64,000 nt of DNA from Trueperaceae bacterium (GTDB lineage Bacteria; Deinococcota; Deinococci; Deinococcales; Trueperaceae): contig JAXHNB010000006.1 in assembly GCA_034520945.1 (NCBI GenBank), positions 256,001 through 320,000 on the forward strand, read 5' to 3'. Position numbers and translations under genes: made by a program. Positions 1 to 7,949 of the stretch are shown piece after piece (position 1 is the stretch's first letter; the number at the start of each line of letters is the position of its first letter). The notes under the pieces were generated by a model. The model was not told the origin of the DNA. It saw nothing but the letters and a program-made list of their open reading frames with translations, and made no database searches.

Positions 1-440
1 GTGGTTTCGTCACGCACGGTGAGGACCGGCACCGTGCTGCGGCGCACCATGCGGCCGGCCAGACCGCCGAGGAAGTACGCGTCCAACCGGTTCTGGCCGT
101 GCGCACCCATCACGATGAGGTCGAATCCCTCCGCGGCCTCCAACAGCTCCTGGACGGGCCGGCCCCAGCGAAGCTCGTGCGTGCCGCCCTCGGAGGACAG
201 GTTGCGAAGCCGTTCGTGAATGCGTCGCACTTCGGTCTTGCGCGCCTCCTCGATGCGGGCCAAAAGTTCGGCGTTCAGGTTGTCGAAGCTGGGTTGGAGC
301 CATCCACGCTGACCGTTCTCGAAGCGCTGCTGCACATGGACGATGTGGAGGCTCCCGTCGGTGCGGTGCATCAGGTCCAGCGCCATGGCGCGGGCCTTCT
401 CGGCGGTGTGCGAAAAGTCGGTGGGGTGGAGGATCTTCAT
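1..440 (-). CDS. Universal stress protein (runs off left edge)
   Basis: Not in the ORF track. Manual translation from ATG 440: MKILHPTDFSHTAEKA...FDLIVMGAHGQNRLDAYFLGGLAGRMVRRSTVPVLTVR; no stop before position 1. Confidence 0.9.
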   Translation of the reverse strand, partial: MKILHPTDFSHTAEKARAMALDLMHRTDGSLHIVHVQQRFENGQRGWLQPSFDNLNAELLARIEEARKTEVRRIHERLRNLSSEGGTHELRWGRPVQELLEAAEGFDLIVMGAHGQNRLDAYFLGGLAGRMVRRSTVPVLTVRDET

Positions 441-614
441 GGCGGCACCCTTCCTGAGCGCTCGGGGCGGACCGTGCGGAGCCGACCCGGTGCGTAGTGC
501 GCTCACGGTAGCACGCGACCGCAGTGGCGTCTCAGCCGCGTCACCGACAGCACCGTCGACCGTTCTCTGCGACGTCCCCGCCTTCGGGGCGCGGCGCGGC
601 GACCTCGGTCGCGA

Positions 615-700
615 CAGCAAACGACCCCCGTGGTGGCGGGCTGCCGGGGGGCGCCACGGGGGTCGTGGGTCCGGTGCGGTCGTGCCGCGTCCGGACAGGT
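615..700 (-). ncRNA. Candidate sRNA copy A (two hairpins, C-rich loop)
   Basis: Stem acgacccccgtgg/ccacgggggtcgt with loop CCCCCCGGCAGCCCGC, followed by TTTG on the minus strand; near-identical to 1938-1975. Confidence 0.5.
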
Positions 701-729
701 CCATGGGAGCACGCGTACCGCCGGGCCGC

Positions 730-748
730 TGTCGGTCCTTATCCGACA
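730..748. promoter_or_regulatory. Inverted repeat TGTCGG-N7-CCGACA, putative NarL-family operator
   Basis: Perfect 6-bp arms; degenerate copy at 2052-2070; a NarL-type TCS is adjacent. Confidence 0.45.
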
Positions 749-850
749 CGGGGCGTGGTGTCTTCGTGCTCCCCCGGTGGGCGCGAACGTGCCATCCTGG
801 GGGCACGGACGAACTGGGTGGCCGGCACGACCGGCCGGGGAGGTGAAACC

Positions 851-1312
851 GTGTACGACCGTATCCTCATGCCGACCGACGGCAGCGCATGCGCACGTCA
901 CGCGACCAAGGAAGGGCTCGAGCTGGCGAAGCGGTTGGGCGCCACCGTCACGTTCCTGCACGTGGTGGAGAACCCCTTGGTCGCCGGCTACGCGGCGCCG
1001 GAGGCGCTGCCGTACTCGGCCCAGCTGTACCAGGACCTGAAGAAGGCCGCCAACGACATTCTCGAAGAGGCGTTGGCGCGGGCGGAGGCGGCGGGGGTCG
1101 ACGCCGAGGCGACGCTGGTCGAGGACCGGCGGCCCTCGGATGCGATTCGGGACGCCGAGCCGGGCCACGATCTGGTGATCATGGGTACGCACGGGAGGCG
1201 TGGCCTCGACCGCTTCATGTTCGGCTCGGTCACCGAGGGGGCGTTGCGCGGCGCGACCAAGCCGTACCTGATCATTCGTGCTCAGGACGACGAGGAGGCG
1301 CGCAATGGCTGA
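851..1312 (+). CDS. Universal stress protein
   Basis: VYDRILMPTDGS...DLVIMGTHGRRGLDRFMFGSVTE; GGAGGT RBS. Confidence 0.95.
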   Translation: MYDRILMPTDGSACARHATKEGLELAKRLGATVTFLHVVENPLVAGYAAPEALPYSAQLYQDLKKAANDILEEALARAEAAGVDAEATLVEDRRPSDAIRDAEPGHDLVIMGTHGRRGLDRFMFGSVTEGALRGATKPYLIIRAQDDEEARNG

Positions 1313-1835
1313 GGTGCGGATCCTGGTGCCGCTGGACGGCTCCGAGTTCAGCCAGCGCGCCTTGGACGTGCTCGGGCGCCTGTTCTCCGCGGACCGTGAC
1401 CGCGTGACGTTGTTGCGCGTGGGTACGGCGCCCGGTTCGGTCGGCGGCCCGCCGCCGCGCCGGACGGTGACGTCCGAGCTGATGCTGGACGAACCCGAGG
1501 AGCCGGTTCGCGTGTACGACAGTCAGGAGTGGGACAGCGCCCGCGGCGAGCTGCGCGACGCCTTGGGCCCCGCCGCCCGCCGTCTCGAGAGCGAGGGGTG
1601 GCGCGTCGAACGGGCGACGGCGTTCGGGGATCCGGCCGAAGAGATCGAGGCGATCTGCCGTGACGAAGGCATCGACGTGGTGGTGATGGCGACGCACGGC
1701 AGGACCGGTCTATCGCGCGCCCTGTTGGGCAGTGTGGCGGAGCGCGTCCTGCGTCGGCTGGAGGTGCCAGTGACGATGGTGCGGCCGAGCGAAGTGCGAA
1801 CGGGGGAGACGCAGGCGTCTGAAACGCACGCGTAG
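1305..1835 (+). CDS. Universal stress protein
   Basis: RILVPLDGS...VVMATHGRTGLSRALLGSVAERVLR; overlaps the previous stop. Confidence 0.95.
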   Translation: MAEVRILVPLDGSEFSQRALDVLGRLFSADRDRVTLLRVGTAPGSVGGPPPRRTVTSELMLDEPEEPVRVYDSQEWDSARGELRDALGPAARRLESEGWRVERATAFGDPAEEIEAICRDEGIDVVVMATHGRTGLSRALLGSVAERVLRRLEVPVTMVRPSEVRTGETQASETHA

Positions 1836-1925
1836 CCTCTCGGCGGGCCGACGCGCGCCGCCGCGCGGGACCGGAGCGGGCCCCGCGCGGCGGCGGGTGT
1901 GTGCTCGGCGGTACGCGCGGTGCGC

Positions 1926-2018
1926 AAAAAAAAGCGGCCCCCGTGGCTGCGGGCTGCCGGGGGGACGCCACGGGGACCAGTTGCCCGGGAGCGGGGGGGT
2001 CGCCTCGTCCCCCGGGCC
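1926..2018 (-). ncRNA. Candidate sRNA copy B (two hairpins, C-rich loops, U8 terminator)
   Basis: Minus strand: gcccggg...CCCCCCC...cccgggc, then ggtccccgtggc-loop-gccacgggggcc followed by 8 T; no plausible minus-strand gene upstream. Confidence 0.55.
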
Positions 2019-2190
2019 ACCTACAGCAAACCACGAAATCGCGCGTAAGGATGTCGGTGTTCTTCCCACGGCGCCTGTCCGCCGGTCGTGACTGTCCCGC
2101 GGCGCAGGCATCGCGTAGCATGATCGCGGCGCGGGCGCCGAGGCAGCTTTCGCGACGTGGGCCGGCGGATTCCGGTCCGAGGAGACCACC

Positions 2191-3300
2191 GTGCGACACC
2201 TGACCCGCTCGCCGACCGCCGTGCCGGCACGGGACGCCGCCGCGCGGCGCACGCACGAACTCGAGACGTTGCACGCCCTGGGACGCGAGCTGGCCCGGGC
2301 TTCGGACGTGTCCGAGGTGCTGGCGTGCAGCCTGCGCGATCTGGTCGACATGGGGTGGTTCTCCTGCGGCGAGGCCTACCGGCTCGTGAACGGGGCGCCG
2401 GTACCCGTGGCGCTGGGTCGTTGCCGCTATGCCGACGTCGAAGCGTGCGGCATGCGCGGCGTTCTGCTCGAACGCGCCGGCCAGTGGATCGATGCCGAGG
2501 CGATCGGCGACCAGGACGGCTGGACGTTCGTGCCGATCGACCGGCGCGCGTTGTTGGCCCTCGCGCAGACCGATCCGCCCGCCGATACCTCGACGAGCTT
2601 CCTGCAGGCGGTGGTCGAGATCGTGTCCTCGGCGCTGAAGCGCGCCTCGCTGCACGGGCGCTTGGCCGACAAGGAGCGGCAGCGCTCCCGGCTTCTGGCC
2701 GCGCTCCTGAACGCCCAGGAGGAGGAGCGGGCCCGCATCTCCCGCGATCTTCACGATCAGATCGGGCAGGCCCTCACCGCCCTGCTGCTCGGGCTGGACG
2801 AGTCGATCGCGCGACCGGACGCGCACCGCCTGACGAAGCTGAAGGAGCTGACCTCCGTGACGCTGGACGACGTGCGCCGGATCGCGCTCGACCTCAGGCC
2901 GTCCCTCCTGGACGAGTTGGGGCTCGAGGCGGCGGTGCGGCGGTACGCCCGTGATGTGCGGGAACGCTACGCGCTCGAGGTCGGGGTGGAGGTCCATCTG
3001 CCGCGTCTGTCGAGGCAGAGCGAGACGGTGCTGTACCGCGTCGCGCAGGAGGCCCTCACCAACGTGGTGCGGCATGCACGGGCCTCGTCGGCGTCGGTGG
3101 TGGCGATGCTCGCCGAGGGGACGGTCCAGTGGGTCGTCGAGGACGACGGTATCGGGTTCGACGCGTCGTCCCTCGAATCGGCCGAACGGGTCGGCCTGAT
3201 CGGCATGCGGGAGCGCCTGGAGCTTCTGGGCGGGTCGTTGCGGATCGAGTCGGCGCCTGGACGCGGGACCACGGTGCACGCGCGCCTTCCCCGCCGCTGA
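2191..3300 (+). CDS. Cytoplasmic sensor histidine kinase (HisKA_3, NarX/NreB-like)
   Basis: EEERARISRDLHDQIGQ, QEALTNVVRHA, DDGIGFD, GLIGMRER; no TM segment. Confidence 0.93.
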   Translation: MRHLTRSPTAVPARDAAARRTHELETLHALGRELARASDVSEVLACSLRDLVDMGWFSCGEAYRLVNGAPVPVALGRCRYADVEACGMRGVLLERAGQWIDAEAIGDQDGWTFVPIDRRALLALAQTDPPADTSTSFLQAVVEIVSSALKRASLHGRLADKERQRSRLLAALLNAQEEERARISRDLHDQIGQALTALLLGLDESIARPDAHRLTKLKELTSVTLDDVRRIALDLRPSLLDELGLEAAVRRYARDVRERYALEVGVEVHLPRLSRQSETVLYRVAQEALTNVVRHARASSASVVAMLAEGTVQWVVEDDGIGFDASSLESAERVGLIGMRERLELLGGSLRIESAPGRGTTVHARLPRR

Positions 3301-3342
3301 ACGTCCCTTCGCCCGCTGAGCGCGTTCTTGTACGCTGAGTGC

Positions 3343-3984
3343 ATGAAGAAGCCGTTGCGGCTGTTCGTCGTCGACGATCACGCCATCGTCCGGGCCGGGG
3401 TCTGCATGTTGTTGGACGCCCGGGACGGCTTCGAGGTGGTGGGCGAGGCGGACAGCGGCGAAGAGGCGCTTCGAGCCGCGCCGGAGTTGGCGCCGGACGT
3501 GGTGGTGCTGGACCTGTCCCTGCCGGGGATCAACGGGATCGAGACGGCGCGCCGCCTGCGAACGCTTCTGCCCGGCGCGCACTTCGTGGCGTTGTCCATG
3601 CACGAGGACCCGGCGTACGTGCAGGGGTTCCTGGAGGCGGGCGGCTCGGGCTACGTGCCCAAGAGCTCGCTGGAGACGCAGTTGGAGGACGCCATCCTGG
3701 CGGTGTCGCGCGGGGAGTACTACGCGCCGGCCCGCCTGTTGGCGGAGCTGGCACGCGACATGGCCAACGGTGATCCCCAACGTCAGGCGCGCCTGACCGG
3801 TCGGGAGTCGGAGGTGGTGCGCCAGATCGCGCACGGAAGTACCTACCGGGAGATCGCCGAAGCGCTCGGCATCAGCGAGAAGACCGTGGCCACCTACCGT
3901 GAGCGTGCCAGCGAGAAGCTCGGCGTGCGTACGCGTGCGGACTTGGTTCGCTGGGCGCTCCGCAACGGCATGCTGGACGACTGA
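3343..3984 (+). CDS. NarL/LuxR-family response regulator
   Basis: VVDDHAIVR, VLDLSLP, GYVPK, LTGRESEV...ISEKTV; leaderless TACGCT-N6-ATG. Confidence 0.95.
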   Translation: MKKPLRLFVVDDHAIVRAGVCMLLDARDGFEVVGEADSGEEALRAAPELAPDVVVLDLSLPGINGIETARRLRTLLPGAHFVALSMHEDPAYVQGFLEAGGSGYVPKSSLETQLEDAILAVSRGEYYAPARLLAELARDMANGDPQRQARLTGRESEVVRQIAHGSTYREIAEALGISEKTVATYRERASEKLGVRTRADLVRWALRNGMLDD

Positions 3985-4043
3985 CGTCGAGGGGCGCGCG
4001 CGGGGCGACGGCGGGGCTCGCCGGCCCGTGCTAAAACTTCCGC

Positions 4044-4493
4044 ATGGAACTATCTGCCCGGCAGGTCGCGTTTCTGGAGTTCGCGCGCGGCCTGTTGCGC
4101 CTCGACCGAAGCGTGCACGAGGTGATCGACCGGGCGGTCGCGACCGAGCTCGGCCTTCGGGCCCGTCAGGTGTTCGTGCTGGCCGCGTTGGAGCGCGGTG
4201 CCCGCCACCCGGGCGCGGTGGCCCGGCGGTTGAACCTTCCCGCCCCGAGCGTGACGCGGACCGTGGAGGGCCTGGTCGCCGCCGGCCACGTGACGCGTCG
4301 GCGCAGCACCGGCGACCGGCGCCGGGTCGAGCTCGCGCTCACCGATCGGGGACAGGCGTTGTTGGCTCGCGCCCGCGGCACGTTGTCGCAGGGCCTGGCG
4401 GACGCCTGGCCCCACCTCGACACCGCGCGGGTGGCGGATCTGGCCGAGGGTCTCGCGGAGATGGTCGACGCCCGGGAGGACCCCGTTGGCTGA
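4044..4493 (+). CDS. MarR-family regulator
   Basis: SVTRTVEGLVAAGHVTRRRSTGDRRRVELALTDRG. Confidence 0.93.
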   Translation: MELSARQVAFLEFARGLLRLDRSVHEVIDRAVATELGLRARQVFVLAALERGARHPGAVARRLNLPAPSVTRTVEGLVAAGHVTRRRSTGDRRRVELALTDRGQALLARARGTLSQGLADAWPHLDTARVADLAEGLAEMVDAREDPVG

Positions 4494-6069
4494 CGCCACG
4501 CACCGAGAGAAGCTGTTGGCGTTCGGGGGCGTGCTGGCGGTGCTGTTCCTGTCCTCGCTGAATCTGACGGTGGTGGGCACGGCCTTGCCGCGCATCATCG
4601 CGGAGTTGGAGGGCTTCGACCTCTACGCTTGGGCGTTCACGAGCTTCTCGTTGGCGTCGACCGTCACGCTGCCGATCTACGGCCGCATCAGCGACGCCAT
4701 CGGCCGGCGGCCCGTGCTCCTGTTCGGCATCGTGTCGTTCACCACCGCCTCGGTCCTGACCGGACTCAGCCAGTCGATGCTGCAGTTGGTGGTGTTCCGT
4801 GCCGTGCAGGGGCTGGGTGGCGGTGCGCTGATCAGCATGACCTGGGCCGCGATCGGCGACATCTTCACGCCCCGCGAGCGCGGGCGCTACCAAGGGCTCA
4901 CCGGCGCCGTCTTCGGCGTGTCCAGCGTGATCGGGCCGCTGATCGGGGGCCTGTTCACGGACACCATCGGCTGGCGATGGGTGTTCTTCGTGAACGTGCC
5001 GGTCGCATTGGCTGCCTACGAAGTGGTCCGACGCTACCTGCCGAAGTCCGTCCGGCGCCCTGGATCCGGCATCGACCTGGCCGGGACGGTGTTCCTGGTG
5101 GCGGGAACGGTGCCGTTGCTGTTGGCCCTGACCTGGGCCGGCACCACCCGGCCGTGGGGCGACCCGGTGGTGATCTGGGCCTTCGCCGGGTCGGCGGTGG
5201 CGCTGGCGGCCTTCGTCGTCACGCAGATACGGAGTTCCCACCCGACGTTGGATCCCGCGGCGTTCCGCGACCCCACCTACGCGCTGGCCAACGCCGCCGC
5301 CTTCCTGACCGGCATCGGCCTGTTCGGCGCGATCATCTACCTCCCGCTGTACATCCAGGGGGTGCAGGGCGGGAGTGCGGCCGCGTCCGGGTTCGTGCTG
5401 GCGCCGTTGATGATCGGCGTGGTGGTGGGGTCCACCGTGAGTGGATGGTTGGCCAGCCGCACCGGCCGCTACCGCCGCTGGATCGCGATGGGGATCGCGT
5501 TCATGACCGTCGGATTCGTGCTGGCCGCCCAATTCGGCCCGTCCACGTCCACCTGGGTCGTGGTGGCGGTGATGGTCGTGCTCGGCGCTGGGATCGGACC
5601 GACCAACTCGCTGCTGACGCTCGCGGTGCAGAACGCCCTTCCCATTGCGCAGTTGGGCGTGGCGACCGGCGCCAACCAGTTCTTCCGTCAGATCGGCGGC
5701 ACGCTCGGCGTGACGGTGTTCGGCACCATGGTGGCCGGCCACGTCCGCAACGGCCTTCCCGGGTTGCTGCCGGGGGGTGGCGAGGGGTTGCCTGCGGGGC
5801 TGGCCTCGACCTTGAGCGATCCGAACCTTCTGACCGACCCGGTCCGGCTGGCCAGGGTGCGGGCGACGGTCGAGCCGTTGCTGGACGAGGGCGCGTTCGA
5901 GACGTTCCTGGCCTCGCTCCGCGCCTTGCTGGGCACGGGCCTCAGCGAGGTGTTCCTGGTCGGCGCGGCGGTGAGCCTAGTGGCGCTGGGGCTCGCGGCC
6001 TGCATGCCGTCCGCCGCGCTTCAGGACACCGTGGTCGCCCCAGAGCGGTCGTCCGCGTCCACGTCGTGA
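4486..6069 (+). CDS. MFS DHA2 (EmrB/QacA-type) efflux transporter
   Basis: TVVGTALPRI, GRISDAIGRR, RAVQGLGGG, 14-TM pattern. Confidence 0.93.
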   Translation: MADATHREKLLAFGGVLAVLFLSSLNLTVVGTALPRIIAELEGFDLYAWAFTSFSLASTVTLPIYGRISDAIGRRPVLLFGIVSFTTASVLTGLSQSMLQLVVFRAVQGLGGGALISMTWAAIGDIFTPRERGRYQGLTGAVFGVSSVIGPLIGGLFTDTIGWRWVFFVNVPVALAAYEVVRRYLPKSVRRPGSGIDLAGTVFLVAGTVPLLLALTWAGTTRPWGDPVVIWAFAGSAVALAAFVVTQIRSSHPTLDPAAFRDPTYALANAAAFLTGIGLFGAIIYLPLYIQGVQGGSAAASGFVLAPLMIGVVVGSTVSGWLASRTGRYRRWIAMGIAFMTVGFVLAAQFGPSTSTWVVVAVMVVLGAGIGPTNSLLTLAVQNALPIAQLGVATGANQFFRQIGGTLGVTVFGTMVAGHVRNGLPGLLPGGGEGLPAGLASTLSDPNLLTDPVRLARVRATVEPLLDEGAFETFLASLRALLGTGLSEVFLVGAAVSLVALGLAACMPSAALQDTVVAPERSSASTS

Positions 6070-6093
6070 CGGCCGGTCGAGCTCCCACGTCGG

Positions 6094-6117
6094 GCGGGGC
6101 GCCCGAAGGCGCCCCGC
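6094..6117. terminator. Hairpin between convergent genes
   Basis: gcggggcgcc-cgaa-ggcgccccgc. Confidence 0.65.
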
Positions 6118-6146
6118 GATCGTGCATGGCGTAGGTCCCCGCCCGC

Positions 6147-6533
6147 TCAGTCCCGTACGAAGGTCACCTCTTTGGCGTCGAGGTCGGCCGACTCCACCTT
6201 CCACCCGGCCGACAACCAGGTGAGCGCCTGCGAGTGCGTATCGGTGTTGGCCCACCAGGCGCGGTGGCGGTGCGCCGAAGCGGGCAGCGCGCGCCCGATG
6301 ATCTCCTCGATCCGATCGAACGACAGCGTCGTTTCCTCCCCGCTCGCGTCCTGCAAGTGGGTGCCGATCGCGGCGTAGCTGCTGGCCGAGGGCCCGCTGG
6401 AGCGGCGCGATCTGCGCGCCCCCCGCCGCACCGACGGCAGCGTCGTCTCGCCCGCCAGCCACCGGCCCACCAGCGCGTAGAACTCTGCGGCGCGCTCGGC
6501 CGGGATCAGCACTTTGGCTTCTACTTGATTCAT
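6147..6533 (-). CDS. Hypothetical protein with WWAN-motif (DUF7662-like) domain
   Basis: LSFDRIEEIIGRALPASA...AWWANTDTHSQALTWLSAGWKV; GGAGGT RBS. Confidence 0.75.
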   Translation of the reverse strand: MNQVEAKVLIPAERAAEFYALVGRWLAGETTLPSVRRGARRSRRSSGPSASSYAAIGTHLQDASGEETTLSFDRIEEIIGRALPASAHRHRAWWANTDTHSQALTWLSAGWKVESADLDAKEVTFVRD

Positions 6534-6705
6534 CGAAACACCTCCGGACTCGACCCGTGAAGGTCGACCTGGAGTGTACGACATCGGCGCCTCTCATGGG
6601 TGGGTCGCCGCATACACGTATGCCGAACCGTACCGACTCCGGGCCCGAGCAGGTACACCGTACGGGCGACCACGAACCCGGAACGGGCTGGCCCACGAGA
6701 AGGCG

Positions 6706-7452
6706 TCAGTCGTGGGGGGTGAGGTCGTAGAACCGCTCGACGCGGAGGCCCTCCTCGAGCCGGGTGTGCAGGTGCGCGTCCTGCTTCGCCCCCGCGGCCA
6801 TCCGCGCGAACATCGACTTGGTCTGGCTCGCGTGCGCTTCGAGCGCCCGTCGCTTTCGGTCGGCGTACGGGGCGACGTCCACGCAGGCGTCCGGGGGTCC
6901 CAAGGCCGCCTCGACCCCGTCGTGCTCGCCGACGGCGACGGCCCATAGGCGTGGCCGTCGCGCGGCGGGCACGCCTGCCACCGCTCGCCGCGTCGCCTCG
7001 CCCAACGCGTCGTGATCGGGATGAACGCCCCAGCCGGGATAGAAGGTGATCACCAGGTCCGGCGTCGTCTCTTCGATCACCGCTCCGACGCGGCCGGCCA
7101 GCTCGGCGGGGTCCTCGAACTCGACCGTCTTGTCGCGCAGGCCCATCAGGCGCGGGTCCGCCCCGAGGATTCGGCAGGCGGCGCGCAGCTCGGCCTCGCG
7201 GACATCCCGCAACGTCTCGCGGTTGGCGAAGAACGGCACGCCCATGTTGCGGCCCATGTCGCCGAAGGTGCCGCACAGATAGGTGACCGGCACGCCTGCG
7301 TCGGCATGGAGCGCCATGGTGCCGCCGGCCGAGAAGCTCTCGTCGTCCGGATGCGGCAGCACCACCAGCAGGTGCCGCTGCGCCACCGGGGCGGTGATCT
7401 CGGCCGGGCCGGCGCTCGCGTCCGCCGAGGCGCCCGGGTCGGACCCCCTCAC
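6706..7452 (-). CDS. bshB2: Bacillithiol biosynthesis deacetylase (PIG-L family)
   Basis: PHPDDESF, GDMGRNMG.PFFANRETL, VHPDHDA; follows yojF as in Bacillus. Confidence 0.88.
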   Translation of the reverse strand: MRGSDPGASADASAGPAEITAPVAQRHLLVVLPHPDDESFSAGGTMALHADAGVPVTYLCGTFGDMGRNMGVPFFANRETLRDVREAELRAACRILGADPRLMGLRDKTVEFEDPAELAGRVGAVIEETTPDLVITFYPGWGVHPDHDALGEATRRAVAGVPAARRPRLWAVAVGEHDGVEAALGPPDACVDVAPYADRKRRALEAHASQTKSMFARMAAGAKQDAHLHTRLEEGLRVERFYDLTPHD

Positions 7453-7808
7453 GCCGCCCCCTCGCGGAAGGGGGCCTCGCTGAGCTGGAGTGCCATGCGG
7501 AGGCGGCCCTGGTCGTCGTAGCCCGCCATCAGCAGCCGTCCCGGCGAGGGGCGTTCGGCGTGCGTGAGTCCGTGCCCGTACACCCAGCCCTCGTCCATCT
7601 TGAGCCCCACGCGGTAGGGGCCGTCCCCCCGGACGGCGCCACGGTCATAGCGGATGCGTGCGTTGCGGACGAACGCCACGCACGGTGGGACCGGATCGGG
7701 TCCCATCGCCGAATAGGTGCCGGTGGTCGTCTCCAGGTGAAGGTACACGTCGCGTCCCGCCAGGCCGTCCAGCGCCTCCTGCACGGAGCTCGGATCGATC
7801 GGTTCCAA
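7449..7808 (-). CDS. yojF: YojF family protein (DUF1806)
   Basis: VYLHLETTTGTY, GPYRVGLKM..GWVY, LQLSEAPF. Confidence 0.88.
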   Translation of the reverse strand: MEPIDPSSVQEALDGLAGRDVYLHLETTTGTYSAMGPDPVPPCVAFVRNARIRYDRGAVRGDGPYRVGLKMDEGWVYGHGLTHAERPSPGRLLMAGYDDQGRLRMALQLSEAPFREGAA

Positions 7809-7949
7809 GGCGTTCGCACCTCCTCGCCGGAGGGGAGGATACCCCGACCGTCCCGGGCGCGCCGTCCGCCAGCGCGCGTGGCGTCCGGCAGGAACAGGGG
7901 GTGGCGCGGCAGCGTGGCCGCGTCGATGGCCGGTGCAGGGACGGCCACG

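Noticed and set aside
1348..3834. 828-aa minus-strand ORF (and similar long ORFs 7560-10166, 17494-19569, 32513-34300, 40333-42264, 46217-48175, 56210-58171)
   Set aside because: Antisense or alternative-frame shadows of motif-supported genes, expected at high GC.
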